A stretch of 40,000 nucleotides of DNA. Origin: Megamonas funiformis (GTDB lineage Bacteria; Bacillota; Negativicutes; Selenomonadales; Selenomonadaceae). The stretch is taken from contig NZ_CP048627.1 of assembly GCF_010669225.1 (NCBI RefSeq), forward strand, positions 965,292 through 1,005,291, read 5' to 3'. Under the pieces are notes generated by a model. That model saw only the letters and a list, made by a program, of their open reading frames with translations. It had not been told where the DNA came from and made no database searches. Below, piece by piece: positions 1 through 9,334 of this stretch (within the stretch, counting starts at the first letter, position 1; every line of letters starts with the position of its first letter). Both the position numbers and the translations under genes were made by a program.

Positions 1-162
1 TGCGATGATGTAATCGACCAAAAAGAATTATGTACTTTTATGGATTGTATGAAACAAATACAGTTGTTATCAGGTGCTTGTGTGGGTATTAGATTATTTA
101 GCCCAATAAAAAAATCCGCACTGACGGGAACAGCACGGATTTCTTTGATAACATCAAGTTAA
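1..162 (+). CDS. 3' end of an ORF running off the left window edge (hypothetical)
   Basis: Frame 1 is open from base 1 to TAA at 160-162 (CDDVIDQKELCTFMDCMKQIQLL...). There is no start in the window and no recognisable motif. Confidence 0.25.
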   Translation, partial: CDDVIDQKELCTFMDCMKQIQLLSGACVGIRLFSPIKKSALTGTARISLITSS

Positions 163-166
163 ATTT

Positions 167-583
167 TTGAAAGTAAGTGTATTATACCACATTAATAAAA
201 TTTTTGAAAGGGTGATTTTTTTGTACTGTACCTATGCTAAAAACGATGAATTTAATTTGTTAATAAACAATATTATGAGTGATAAAGATTTTACGGATAA
301 TCTTGAAAAATGTGTACGCATATTAACAAGGGATTTTGTTAATAAAAAAATGCACGCTATTAAATTTATGTCAAAAATCGTTTATGAATATGGGTTAAAA
401 CAATTTTTGACAAGTAAATGTGTATTCCCATTAAAAGAAGGTACTACACATTTTAAATTTAAAATAAAAAATTTTATTTTTGAAATGGATGTATTTTTAT
501 ATCCATTGGAAAACTTAGAAAAGCCATTCAAAAAATATATACAAGTAACTAGCATAACTTTTGGTTTAGAGGGAAGGTATTAA
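167..583 (+). CDS. hypothetical early protein
   Basis: ORF-track ORF. The real start is probably the in-frame TTG at 221, which follows GAAAGGGTGA (206-215). No family motif recognised. Confidence 0.4.
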   Translation: MKVSVLYHINKIFERVIFLYCTYAKNDEFNLLINNIMSDKDFTDNLEKCVRILTRDFVNKKMHAIKFMSKIVYEYGLKQFLTSKCVFPLKEGTTHFKFKIKNFIFEMDVFLYPLENLEKPFKKYIQVTSITFGLEGRY

Positions 584-720
584 CGTGGTAAGAGTATCAA
601 TTTTCAATAAGGATAGACAATTACAGGGAAAAATAAAACTTCCAGCAACGTCATTAATATTTCGATTATCTGAATTAGTGGAATTTCAAAATAATATTTT
701 AAAAACGGGAGGCATCATAA

Positions 721-2694
721 GTGAAGTTAATAAAATTAGAGTTAAATAATTTTAAAGCAATTAAGGATTTTACATTTGAGCCAAATGGTGAAGATAAAAG
801 CATTTTTGGTAAAAATGGTGTAGGTAAAACTACATTAGTAGACGCTTATTTTTGGGTGCTAGTTGGTAAATCTAGCACCGATAAAAAGATTGATGACGAT
901 ATTAAATTAAAAGATAATACAGGCAATCCACAATTAGATAATGGTATAGAACACAAAGTAGCTGCTACTTTAGAACTAGATAATGGTATACAAGTAACCT
1001 TATCTAAAATATATCAAGAAAAGTGGACTAAAAATCATGGTAAACCTGTAGCCGAATTTGATGGACATACCACAACTTATTTAATTGATGATGTAGCAAG
1101 AAGTCAAAAGGATTATAACGCTTATATTGAGCAACATATCGGCTCTATTGAAGTTTTAAAAATGTTATCTAGTGCCACTTATTTTTGTAATATGCCATGG
1201 AAAAAGCAACGTGAATTATTGCTTGAAGTTTGTGGGGATATTACAGACGAAGATGTAATTAATTCTGATGAGCGATTAAAAGATTTACCTTCTATGTTAG
1301 AAGGTAAAAATGTCAATGATTTTATAACATTAATTACCCAGCGTAAAACTAAATTAAATAGTCAACTAAATAAAATTCCAACACGAATTGATGAGAATCA
1401 AAAAATGCTGGACGACGCCAATGAAGAGATTAACGAAGAAGTTATTGAAATAGAACTGAAGGATTTCCGCAAAAAGAAAAATACTCTTGAAAATAAATTA
1501 ACTACAATCAAAGGTGGGTACGCAGTAGCTCACCTTGAAAGACAAATTGCTCAAATTGATACCAAAATAGAGCAGATAAAACAGCAATATGACGCAACTA
1601 ACAATGCTGATGTATTAGAATTACAAAAACAAAAATCTGCTAAAGAAATAGAATTACAGAAAGAAAAACAACAACTCGACAATAAAAAAAATGAGAGTGA
1701 AATACTTAATAATAAAATGACAAGTATTTCACAACAAATAGAAGATTGTCGAAACGCTTGGAAAGTGGAAAAAAAGAAGGTATTTAGTGGGGATAATATT
1801 TGTCCTACTTGTGGGCAAGCATTACCGCAAGAAAAAATTAACGAAGCAATAGAAAAATTTAATAAAACTAAAGCTGATAATTTAAAAGCTTGTACAGAAG
1901 CAGGTACGAACTTAGCTCATAAGAAACAAGAATTAGAACATAAATTACAGGATAATGAAAATACAATAGCTACACTAGTAGAAAACATCAACAATCTAAA
2001 TAAAAATATCCAGGAATTAGATGTGCAAATTATAGACAAACAAAAGAATATTACTGAGACAGGATATTCCGAAGATGAGGAATATCGAAATCTATATAGA
2101 GAAAAAGTAAATCTAAAGAAAGAACTTATCTCAGTTCAAGATAATTGTGCTAATTCTTTAAAACAATATCAATCGGAGCTTGAACAGCTTGATTTAGATA
2201 TTGATGTAAGAGCAGAGAAATTAGCTAAAATAAAACAATTATCTGCTTTTAAAAATCGCATTAAAGATTTAAAAGCAGAACAAAAACGATTGGGCGAAGA
2301 ATTTAATAACTTAGAATTTAAATTAAACCTCGCCCAAATATTCACTAAAAATAAAGTAAATATGCTCACAGATAAAATTAATAGCAAGTTTAAAATAACT
2401 AGATTTAAGTTGTTTAGTCAACAAGTAAACGGTCTTATAGACGATACTTGTGAAGCCATGACTCAACAAGGTTCGACATATGGTAAGAGTATGTCGAATG
2501 GTGAAAAAATCATAATTGGATTGGATATTTGTAATACTTTAGCACAGCATTATAAATTAGATGTCCCAATGTGGATAGATAATGCGGAGTGTGTAAGTGA
2601 GATATTAAAAACTAATAATAGCCAAATGTTTAATCTTATTGTTGCTCATCATGATTTTTTGAGAATTAAAGAACCAATACTAAAAAGATTTTAA
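721..2694 (+). CDS. Rad50/SbcC/RecF-like SMC-type ATPase (phage recombination/repair)
   Basis: N-terminal Walker A (FGKNGVGKTTL). Long K/E/Q-rich coiled-coil interrupted by a CPTCGQALP CxxC hook-like motif (nt 1801-1827). C-terminal SNGEK signature-like motif and MWIDNAE Walker-B-like motif. GTG start preceded by GGGAGG. Confidence 0.75.
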   Translation: MKLIKLELNNFKAIKDFTFEPNGEDKSIFGKNGVGKTTLVDAYFWVLVGKSSTDKKIDDDIKLKDNTGNPQLDNGIEHKVAATLELDNGIQVTLSKIYQEKWTKNHGKPVAEFDGHTTTYLIDDVARSQKDYNAYIEQHIGSIEVLKMLSSATYFCNMPWKKQRELLLEVCGDITDEDVINSDERLKDLPSMLEGKNVNDFITLITQRKTKLNSQLNKIPTRIDENQKMLDDANEEINEEVIEIELKDFRKKKNTLENKLTTIKGGYAVAHLERQIAQIDTKIEQIKQQYDATNNADVLELQKQKSAKEIELQKEKQQLDNKKNESEILNNKMTSISQQIEDCRNAWKVEKKKVFSGDNICPTCGQALPQEKINEAIEKFNKTKADNLKACTEAGTNLAHKKQELEHKLQDNENTIATLVENINNLNKNIQELDVQIIDKQKNITETGYSEDEEYRNLYREKVNLKKELISVQDNCANSLKQYQSELEQLDLDIDVRAEKLAKIKQLSAFKNRIKDLKAEQKRLGEEFNNLEFKLNLAQIFTKNKVNMLTDKINSKFKITRFKLFSQQVNGLIDDTCEAMTQQGSTYGKSMSNGEKIIIGLDICNTLAQHYKLDVPMWIDNAECVSEILKTNNSQMFNLIVAHHDFLRIKEPILKRF

Positions 2695-2709
2695 AAGGAG
2701 ATATTCAAA

Positions 2710-3513
2710 ATGACAAACACAATAATGCTAAAAGAACAAAATACAATGCCTGGATTTACTTCAAAAGATAGTTACCAGCTTCTTTGGAATATGGCAAAAA
2801 TGTTTTCCGAAACAACATTAATTCCAGAAAGTTTTAGAAAAAATGTAGGTAATTGTGCTATAGCTATTAACATGGCTCAAAGATTAAAAGCCGACCCGCT
2901 TATGGTAATGCAGAATTTATATGTAGTATATGGCAATCCATCTTGGAGTAGTAAATTTCTTATTTCTGTATTCAATCAATGCGGAAAATATACAAGCATA
3001 AAATATAAATATGTAGGAGATAAAAATACAGATGACTACGGTTGTATAGCTTACACAACTGAAATTGCAACTGGAGATAAAATTGAAGGTCCACTTGTTA
3101 CGATTGGTTTAGCAAAAGCAGAAGGCTGGTTTGCTAAAAAAGGTAGTAAATGGCAGACAATACCAGATTTAATGCTTAGATATAGAGCTGCTGCATGGCT
3201 TATTCGTACTACTGCTCCAGAGTTAAGTATGGGATTACAAACACAAGAAGAAATTCAGGATACACACGAAAAAGATATTACAGAAGAAGCAAAACCAGTG
3301 CAGGAAATAAAAGAAAAAATGGCGTCTAAGACATTGGAAATGCCAAAACAAGAACCAAAATCAGAGGTATTGGATAAAATCAATAAAGCTGAAGCTAAAG
3401 CAAAAGAAACAGTACAAACTAAATCTGTAAAAAAAGAAGAACCTAAAAAAGTTAAAATCGAGCAACCTGCCTTTGATGAACAGGAAGACGATGAGGAACA
3501 ACCACCATTCTAA
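2710..3513 (+). CDS. RecT-family single-strand annealing protein with K/E-rich linker and acidic ...EDDEEQPPF C-terminus
   Basis: The core region CAIAINMAQRLKADPLMVMQNLYVVYGNPSWSSKFL resembles the conserved RecT/Bet-type motif (recalled, not searched). Sits between an ATPase and a nuclease-like gene. RBS AAGGAG. Confidence 0.6.
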   Translation: MTNTIMLKEQNTMPGFTSKDSYQLLWNMAKMFSETTLIPESFRKNVGNCAIAINMAQRLKADPLMVMQNLYVVYGNPSWSSKFLISVFNQCGKYTSIKYKYVGDKNTDDYGCIAYTTEIATGDKIEGPLVTIGLAKAEGWFAKKGSKWQTIPDLMLRYRAAAWLIRTTAPELSMGLQTQEEIQDTHEKDITEEAKPVQEIKEKMASKTLEMPKQEPKSEVLDKINKAEAKAKETVQTKSVKKEEPKKVKIEQPAFDEQEDDEEQPPF

Positions 3514-3532
3514 TTTTTAGGAGTGAAGTATA

Positions 3533-4342
3533 ATGTTTATTTCTTGTTATGCCAGTGGAAGTGCTGGAAATCTGTATAAGATAGAGAGTAATAAGACCAC
3601 ACTTTTAATAGAGTGTGGTCTACCAATGAAAGATATAAGACATTGTCTAGGGACAACTATTGATGATGTAGAGGCTGTTTTATTGACACATGAACATAAA
3701 GACCATAGCAAAGCAATACACGAGTTTTTAAGGTTGGGTATCGATATTTATACCAGCAAAGGAACAGCGATTGCCTGTGGGGTGGAGAAAAGCCCCTACG
3801 TGCATTTTATCGAAAGCGAAAAGGTATTTATTGTTGGTGATATAACTATAATGCCATTTAAAACTAACCATGACGCATGCGAGCCGGTAGGATTTGTTTT
3901 AAGAGATAATAAAGATATTTTAATGTTTGCTACTGATACTTATAATCTTGAATTTAATGTCAATAAGATTTCGCAATTAATGGTTGAATGTAATCATAGT
4001 TACGAAATCTTAGATGAAAAGCTTAAAAATGGGCAGATAGATAAGAGCAGATATAACAGGTTAGTAAAAAGCCATTTTTCTTTGGAAAATTTAAAAACAT
4101 GGCTTAGTAAAAATGATTTGACTTGCTTAAAAGAAATCTATTTATTGCATTTATCTAAACAAAATTCAGACGCAGATGAATTTAAACAAGAAATAGAAGC
4201 TATGACAGGTATTCCTGTATATATAGCAGATGAAAATGTAATAAAAACTGGTAATTATATTATGCCAACTAGCACATGGGAATGTGTTCCTAAACCTTCA
4301 ACTCGTAGTAATTTTTTTTACAAAATTTTTAGAGAGGAATAA
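3533..4342 (+). CDS. metallo-beta-lactamase-fold hydrolase (putative recombination nuclease)
   Basis: HxHxDH motif (LLTHEHKDHSKA) and a later TNHD motif. RBS TAGGAG. Confidence 0.8.
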   Translation: MFISCYASGSAGNLYKIESNKTTLLIECGLPMKDIRHCLGTTIDDVEAVLLTHEHKDHSKAIHEFLRLGIDIYTSKGTAIACGVEKSPYVHFIESEKVFIVGDITIMPFKTNHDACEPVGFVLRDNKDILMFATDTYNLEFNVNKISQLMVECNHSYEILDEKLKNGQIDKSRYNRLVKSHFSLENLKTWLSKNDLTCLKEIYLLHLSKQNSDADEFKQEIEAMTGIPVYIADENVIKTGNYIMPTSTWECVPKPSTRSNFFYKIFREE

Positions 4343-4346
4343 AAAA

Positions 4347-4808
4347 ATGAAAATGATAGTGCATACCACTTTTAACGGGAAAGTAAATTTTATAAATCTA
4401 GATGGATTTGAAATATGTGTAAATGGGAATAAATGGGATTTAAGAACTTTTGAAAAATTTCATGTCTGTAACTCTATTTTTAGGTGTAGGGAATATGATT
4501 CTATTGTTTGTGATATTGTGGCAAAATGCAAAACTACAGGGAAACTAATTGAAATATGTAGGGTTGATTCTGTTAATGACGCAAAAGATATTATTCGAGA
4601 AATAATAAATCATATGTCCGATATATATGAAGTAATTCAGAATAAGAAAATATTACCGACTTCATTAAAACATATTAAGAATTATTGTGCAGCTATAAAT
4701 GGCAACTGTAAAAAATGTGAAATTATTAAATACAGTAAATATACATGTGCTGGATGTTATCGCCAGGATTTTAAACCTATGAATTGGAAATTGAGAGAGG
4801 ATGTATAA
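4347..4808 (+). CDS. hypothetical Cys-rich protein
   Basis: The ORF-track ORF 4284-4808 is trimmed to ATG 4347, which follows AGAGAGGA and lies just after the upstream stop. C-terminal CKKCx10CAGC cluster. Confidence 0.5.
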   Translation: MKMIVHTTFNGKVNFINLDGFEICVNGNKWDLRTFEKFHVCNSIFRCREYDSIVCDIVAKCKTTGKLIEICRVDSVNDAKDIIREIINHMSDIYEVIQNKKILPTSLKHIKNYCAAINGNCKKCEIIKYSKYTCAGCYRQDFKPMNWKLREDV

Positions 4809-4809
4809 G

Positions 4810-5418
4810 ATGTCTACAGAAGAACGTTATTGTATTAATAGTGTAAAACTTATTAAAGATAAAATCAGAATGGATTTTACAGACAATGGAGATAGCGTAA
4901 AACGAGATTTTAAACAAAAAGCAACTCCAGAATTTTATGCAGCTATTACAGGTTTAAAAAAAACGGCATTGGCTATGATGGGATTATCAGCTGAAGCTGA
5001 GAAAGAGATTTCTTCAAAAGTGGAATGTTACGGCGTTACTATTTATCACGCTAAAGATAACACTATTGGCTGTAGCATACACCTAAAATTCTATACTGGT
5101 GAGGATGATAATCCTATAATAATTAACACTCCAAAAAGAATGAACCCTTCTGACGAATATAGCGGTGATAAATGTCTTAGCGAAGATGGTAGTAAAAAAT
5201 TAGACGATTTAATTTATGCTGCACTTGATTATTTGAAAGGTAAACGAGCGCAGGTGGCACTATTTGATGCTGAAGGAAATGTCGTGGAACAAACAAAAGA
5301 AGAGCCTAAATCAAAAGAAACAGCAAAACAAAAATCTAAAAATAAAAAGCCTACTGTTCCTGTTAGAGCAGAGGTTATAGATATAAATAGTTTAACAGCG
5401 GAAACATTGCCTAATTAA
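4810..5418 (+). CDS. hypothetical protein with K-rich C-terminal tail
   Basis: In-frame ATG 4810 lies 10 nt after GAGAGAGG and immediately after the upstream stop at 4808. Confidence 0.5.
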   Translation: MSTEERYCINSVKLIKDKIRMDFTDNGDSVKRDFKQKATPEFYAAITGLKKTALAMMGLSAEAEKEISSKVECYGVTIYHAKDNTIGCSIHLKFYTGEDDNPIIINTPKRMNPSDEYSGDKCLSEDGSKKLDDLIYAALDYLKGKRAQVALFDAEGNVVEQTKEEPKSKETAKQKSKNKKPTVPVRAEVIDINSLTAETLPN

Positions 5419-5433
5419 AGTGAGGTGTAATAA

Positions 5434-6276
5434 ATGGGGCGAGTAAATGATGATAGCTATATACAAATACAAGGCTGGATGATGACACGTCTTGATTTAA
5501 AACCATTAGAATTAATAGTATTTGCTATAATACACAATTTTACAATAAATAATCAAAAATATACTGGTAGTTATAGTTACCTAATTGAAAGCCTCAAAAT
5601 TTCTAAACCAACAGCAATAAAAGTTTTAAGTGATTTGGTTAAGAAAAACTATATTCTTGAAAAGAAAGGCAATTTTACGACACCTAATAAATATACTACT
5701 AATATTAAATATATAAAGAAATTGACTACACCTAGTAAAGAAACTTTACCACCAGTAGTAAAAGAAATTGACTACCCTAGTAAAGAAACTTTACCACCAG
5801 TAGTAAAAGAAATTGACTACCCTAGTAAAGAAACTTTACCCAATAATACTATTAATAATACTAAATATAATACTACTAATAATATAGCTGCTGCTAAAGA
5901 AAAACTTCAAAGATTTTTAGATGATGATTTTAAGGAGATAGTTGACTTATTCTCGAACAATATTCATCCAATTAACGGTGAAGTTGAAGGCAATAAACTA
6001 GCTGATTATTTTGACAGTTATGGTAAAAACTGGGTTCTTGAAGCAATAAAAGAAGCTGCGTTATGTCATGGACGGTCGGTTAATTATATTGGAAAAATAC
6101 TAATGCGGTGGGAGAAAGAAGGCTTTAAAAATGATACTAGCAACGAAAAAAAAGCAGCCACAATGGTTCGACAAGGAAAAACAGTTGGACGTAAAAGAGT
6201 ATATTCAACGAATAAAACAGAAACAACCGAAGAGGCAAGAAGAAAATTCGCCAACGAAAAAAGTGGTTGGGATTAA
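5434..6276 (+). CDS. DnaD/DnaB_2-domain replication initiation protein with N-terminal winged-helix-like region
   Basis: The C-terminal segment IHPINGEVEGNKLADYFDSYGKNWVLEAIKEAALCHGRSVNYIGKILMRWEKEG is typical of the DnaD-like C-terminal domain. It sits upstream of a DnaC-like ATPase. Confidence 0.65.
   Translation: MGRVNDDSYIQIQGWMMTRLDLKPLELIVFAIIHNFTINNQKYTGSYSYLIESLKISKPTAIKVLSDLVKKNYILEKKGNFTTPNKYTTNIKYIKKLTTPSKETLPPVVKEIDYPSKETLPPVVKEIDYPSKETLPNNTINNTKYNTTNNIAAAKEKLQRFLDDDFKEIVDLFSNNIHPINGEVEGNKLADYFDSYGKNWVLEAIKEAALCHGRSVNYIGKILMRWEKEGFKNDTSNEKKAATMVRQGKTVGRKRVYSTNKTETTEEARRKFANEKSGWD
5716..5841. repeat. 45-bp direct tandem repeat, about 2.8 copies, inside the DnaD-like gene
   Basis: AAAGAAATTGACTAC(A/C)CCTAGTAAAGAAACTTTACCACCAGTAGTA is repeated head to tail. 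It encodes PSKETLPPVVKEIDY x2 plus a partial copy. Confidence 0.9.
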
Positions 6277-6868
6277 TGAAAAGCAATTAATTAATGCAGG
6301 AATACATGAACGATATGCAGATGTATCTTTTAATACATTGAAAATAGATGGAGATATTAGAGAAAATGCGAAATTAGTTTATAACTACTCAAAAAATATG
6401 AGTGAGTATATAAAAAATGGTATAGGTCTTATATTAGCTGGTGGATATGGTACTTTAAAAACTACATTAGCAGTATGTATTTTAAAAGAATATATAAATA
6501 AAGGTGGATATGGGTTATTTATCCCTATGAGTTCATTAATGGACAATTTATATTCGATGAAAGCGAAGAACATTGATGAATGGACAATGTTTGAGGATAG
6601 ATTAAGAAATACTAATTTATTAGTAATTGATGATTTAGGTGGAGAAGATGTTAATGCACCATGGGTATTACAAAAAGTACACAGTATAATAACTGAAAGG
6701 TACAATCGAAAAAAAACAATAATAATTACAACAAATTTGAATAAACAAGAATTAGAAAATACTTATTCTGGTAGGCTTATTGACCGTTTAAAATCTACAA
6801 ATTACTACATTGCATTTAATTCACCGAGTCAAAGAAAAGTAATGAATATAAATGATTTAAAGGAGTAA
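6131..6868 (+). CDS. DnaC/IstB-like AAA+ helicase-loader ATPase
   Basis: Walker-A-like GGYGTLKTT, Walker B LLVIDDLGGE, and IITTNL sensor-like motif. The start is uncertain because the ORF overlaps the upstream gene by 146 nt. Confidence 0.65.
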   Translation: MILATKKKQPQWFDKEKQLDVKEYIQRIKQKQPKRQEENSPTKKVVGINEKQLINAGIHERYADVSFNTLKIDGDIRENAKLVYNYSKNMSEYIKNGIGLILAGGYGTLKTTLAVCILKEYINKGGYGLFIPMSSLMDNLYSMKAKNIDEWTMFEDRLRNTNLLVIDDLGGEDVNAPWVLQKVHSIITERYNRKKTIIITTNLNKQELENTYSGRLIDRLKSTNYYIAFNSPSQRKVMNINDLKE

Positions 6869-6872
6869 TAAA

Positions 6873-7181
6873 ATGACTGAAGTAATTTTTGTATCTACAA
6901 AAAGAAATAGTAGTATTGGATATTTACAGCAAGGAACTTCTGTGCCATACGAAAAACCTTACTTTAATGCGCTAGTTGAAAAAGTTCTTGGAAAGAAATC
7001 ATCAGAATATATATCACATGAAATAGAAAGTTATTCTAATAAAAAAAGATTTGTAATTGTTCTTCGTGATGAACAACTTAAAACATTTTTAAAAGCAAAA
7101 GCTTTGATAGCTACTTGTAAAGATAAAAGAATTAAAGATGAAAATATTTCAGATTTAATTATGAGTGGAGTTTTAGGATAA
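6873..7181 (+). CDS. hypothetical protein
   Basis: ORF with RBS AAGGAG, tightly packed in the operon. Confidence 0.5.
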   Translation: MTEVIFVSTKRNSSIGYLQQGTSVPYEKPYFNALVEKVLGKKSSEYISHEIESYSNKKRFVIVLRDEQLKTFLKAKALIATCKDKRIKDENISDLIMSGVLG

Positions 7182-7182
7182 A

Positions 7183-7467
7183 ATGCGTAATAAAGATTTA
7201 ATACAAAGAGCTATTCATAGTTGTATGAATAGAATAGGACTTCCTTATAATGGAGCTTTTAAAGTTAAATATAACGATAAAACAGAATTTTGCAAAATAT
7301 GTAAAGGAATAGATGGATATTATGAATTACAATGTTTCGTTGGTGGTGTTTGGATTACTACAAACGAGAGCAAACTTAATGTACTAGATATTCTTTTTGG
7401 AAGTGCTAAGATATTAAAAATTTACAAAGGAATAAACTTCAAAAAAGATTATTATAAACATAATTAA
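7183..7467 (+). CDS. hypothetical protein
   Basis: ORF starting 1 nt after the upstream stop. Confidence 0.5.
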   Translation: MRNKDLIQRAIHSCMNRIGLPYNGAFKVKYNDKTEFCKICKGIDGYYELQCFVGGVWITTNESKLNVLDILFGSAKILKIYKGINFKKDYYKHN

Positions 7468-7511
7468 ATAAATATAACATCAATAATAATTTTTGAAAGG
7501 TTGGTTTTATT

Positions 7512-7889
7512 ATGTGGAAAGAGTGTAAGTATTGTCATAGAGAGTTTTGGACTGATTATATAAAAAAAGAGTATTGTTCTGAACACTGTGCATATAAGTA
7601 TAATTATGAACGTTCAAGAGCAAGTATTTTAGCTAAATATAAAAAACCACGTAATAGTATAGATAATGTTATAAAATCAAAGAAATCAAATAAAGTTGTA
7701 TTTAATTTCATAATGGAACTTAACCAGCTAACTACTTTAAGTTATGGAAAATTAATGCAGTATTATCCAGATTTGAATAAAATTAAAAGTTTTATAGATT
7801 ATCAGCAGGTAGTGGGAAATGCTAAAAAAGTAAATGTAGATAAGATTATGTTGAATCACGCTAAACAATTAAATTTAGATTTTAATTAG
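7512..7889 (+). CDS. hypothetical protein with N-terminal zinc-ribbon-like motif
   Basis: CKYCx17CSEHC motif. RBS GAAAGG. Confidence 0.5.
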   Translation: MWKECKYCHREFWTDYIKKEYCSEHCAYKYNYERSRASILAKYKKPRNSIDNVIKSKKSNKVVFNFIMELNQLTTLSYGKLMQYYPDLNKIKSFIDYQQVVGNAKKVNVDKIMLNHAKQLNLDFN

Positions 7890-7898
7890 GAGTTTAAA

Positions 7899-8357
7899 AT
7901 GATACATGAATTAAAAATAAAGCCAAAATTTTTTCAAGATATTATAAATGGAATTAAAAATTTTGAAATTCGCAAGAATGACCGTATGTTTAGAGTTGGC
8001 GATATATTAGTATTGTCCGAGTTTGATTATATGGATAATACTTATACAGGTAATCAAATTAAAGTAAAAGTAGATAATATATTAACACATGATGATTTTC
8101 CAGATGGTATACCTATTGATTATGTAGTAATGAATATAAGACGATATAACTCTTGGATACCAGTACAAAATGATATTTATTATCGCATAGACATAGACGG
8201 AGATATCGTTGAAGATACATGGGAAGAAACAACATTTGATTATGCTGTTTTGATGATAGGAAATTGCTTTAAAAGTAAAGTACAAGCTGCTATGTATAAA
8301 AATTATTATGTACATTTATATAAGGGGTATCAAAATGAAAAATATAAACGCAATTAA
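7899..8357 (+). CDS. ASCH/DUF3850-like domain protein
   Basis: The N-terminus HELKIKPKFFQDIINGIKNFEIRKNDRMFRVGDILVL matches the remembered DUF3850/ASCH consensus. Confidence 0.6.
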   Translation: MIHELKIKPKFFQDIINGIKNFEIRKNDRMFRVGDILVLSEFDYMDNTYTGNQIKVKVDNILTHDDFPDGIPIDYVVMNIRRYNSWIPVQNDIYYRIDIDGDIVEDTWEETTFDYAVLMIGNCFKSKVQAAMYKNYYVHLYKGYQNEKYKRN

Positions 8358-8838
8358 AACTTTTATGCAAGAAAATGGAGTTCATTTTGAAGAAGAATTT
8401 TATGTTGATTTTGGAGAAAAACAAGAAATATTTAATATAGATAATTTAAAAAAATTTAGTATTTCACAAGATGATGAAGAACTTTATTTCACTAATGATT
8501 CAGGTGAAGAAATATCTTGTGAAGAAATAGGAAACATACTATTTAATGATGATGTTCATGTTATTACTAAAAATTATTTTGAAACAATGATGAATTACTA
8601 TATTAGTATTTCTAAAATATGTGATGACTTTAATAATAATGAAACAGAATGTACTAAATGCCCTGCATGGTCATGTAATGATGGATGTTTTTTTATAGAT
8701 AGTTATATTCCAAATGGAATAGTAGAAAATTTAGGGATTCAACATCATTTGCCTATACCAAGAGATTATAAATATAAAAATAAATTTTTATGTAAATGTA
8801 GAGATTATAAAGAATTAATAGGAAATACCAATGAATAA
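8335..8838 (+). CDS. hypothetical acidic protein with C-terminal Cys cluster
   Basis: ATG 8335 follows AAGGGG. The ORF-track start 8308 has no RBS. ECTKCPAWSCNDGC motif. Confidence 0.5.
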   Translation: MKNINAIKTFMQENGVHFEEEFYVDFGEKQEIFNIDNLKKFSISQDDEELYFTNDSGEEISCEEIGNILFNDDVHVITKNYFETMMNYYISISKICDDFNNNETECTKCPAWSCNDGCFFIDSYIPNGIVENLGIQHHLPIPRDYKYKNKFLCKCRDYKELIGNTNE

Positions 8839-9328
8839 AACACCTTTTGCATTTGTTTTATATGGCAATCCTGTAACAAAAAAGAATAGCCCAGTTATGG
8901 TAAAAGGACGTTCAGTCCTTTTACCAAGTGAGGCTTATCGAAAGTATGAAAGTTCTTGTAGAAAAGCGTTACAGGTATTAAAAGTACAAGAAAAATTAAG
9001 ACATTTTAGTATGGGTGTATCTATGTGCTGTCTATATTACTTAGAAAGTAAAGCTCATTATCCAGATTTATTAGGATTATTACAAGCAACATCAGACATT
9101 ATCTCTGATGAATATAAAACAATAAACCATAAAAAAACGTTATACACAAAATGGGTACTTTCTGACGATAGAATAATAAAAAATTTTGATGGTAGTAAGA
9201 TTGTAGAAGTAAATAGTTTACAACCTAGAGTAATAGTTATAATTACACCACTTAGCACAACTATTGATACGGAAACAGACCCATATATAATTAAACAACT
9301 TCAGGAAGAAAATAATTTATTTGAGTGA
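8831..9328 (+). CDS. RusA-like Holliday-junction resolvase (tentative)
   Basis: N-terminal FVLYGNPVTKKNSP and later LSDDRIIKNFDG resemble RusA-family motifs. The size and position after the replication genes fit. Confidence 0.5.
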   Translation: MNKTPFAFVLYGNPVTKKNSPVMVKGRSVLLPSEAYRKYESSCRKALQVLKVQEKLRHFSMGVSMCCLYYLESKAHYPDLLGLLQATSDIISDEYKTINHKKTLYTKWVLSDDRIIKNFDGSKIVEVNSLQPRVIVIITPLSTTIDTETDPYIIKQLQEENNLFE

Positions 9329-9334
9329 TATGTC

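Noticed and set aside
112-142. Terminator-like hairpin AAATCCG...CGGATTT followed by a T-rich stretch.
   Set aside because: The stem is only 7 bp with a 17-nt loop. It also lies inside the only open frame at the left edge, so it is too weak to call.
161-210. Two copies of AAATTTTTGAAAG 36 bp apart (161-173 and 198-210), plus a third similar copy at 7487-7499, considered as possible operators or -35 elements.
   Set aside because: No properly spaced -10 box could be found. In two cases the GAAAGG part doubles as a Shine-Dalgarno sequence. A match this short is plausible by chance in AT-rich DNA.
2169-2387. Antisense or alternative-frame ORFs nested in longer genes. Minus-strand examples are 2169-2387, 6385-6705, 8082-8315, 9058-9258, 10028-10249, 11150-11392, 14865-15083, 16772-17017, 17992-18216, 18473-18971, 20157-20513, 22977-23217, 24466-24660, 25174-25779, 26918-27259, 28298-28606, 30772-31390, 31678-31923, 33808-34014, 34372-34765 and 39527-39712.
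   Set aside because: All lie fully inside well-supported plus-strand genes, lack RBSs, and have the low-complexity, hydrophobic or Cys/Ser/Phe-rich composition typical of antisense reading of AT-rich coding DNA.
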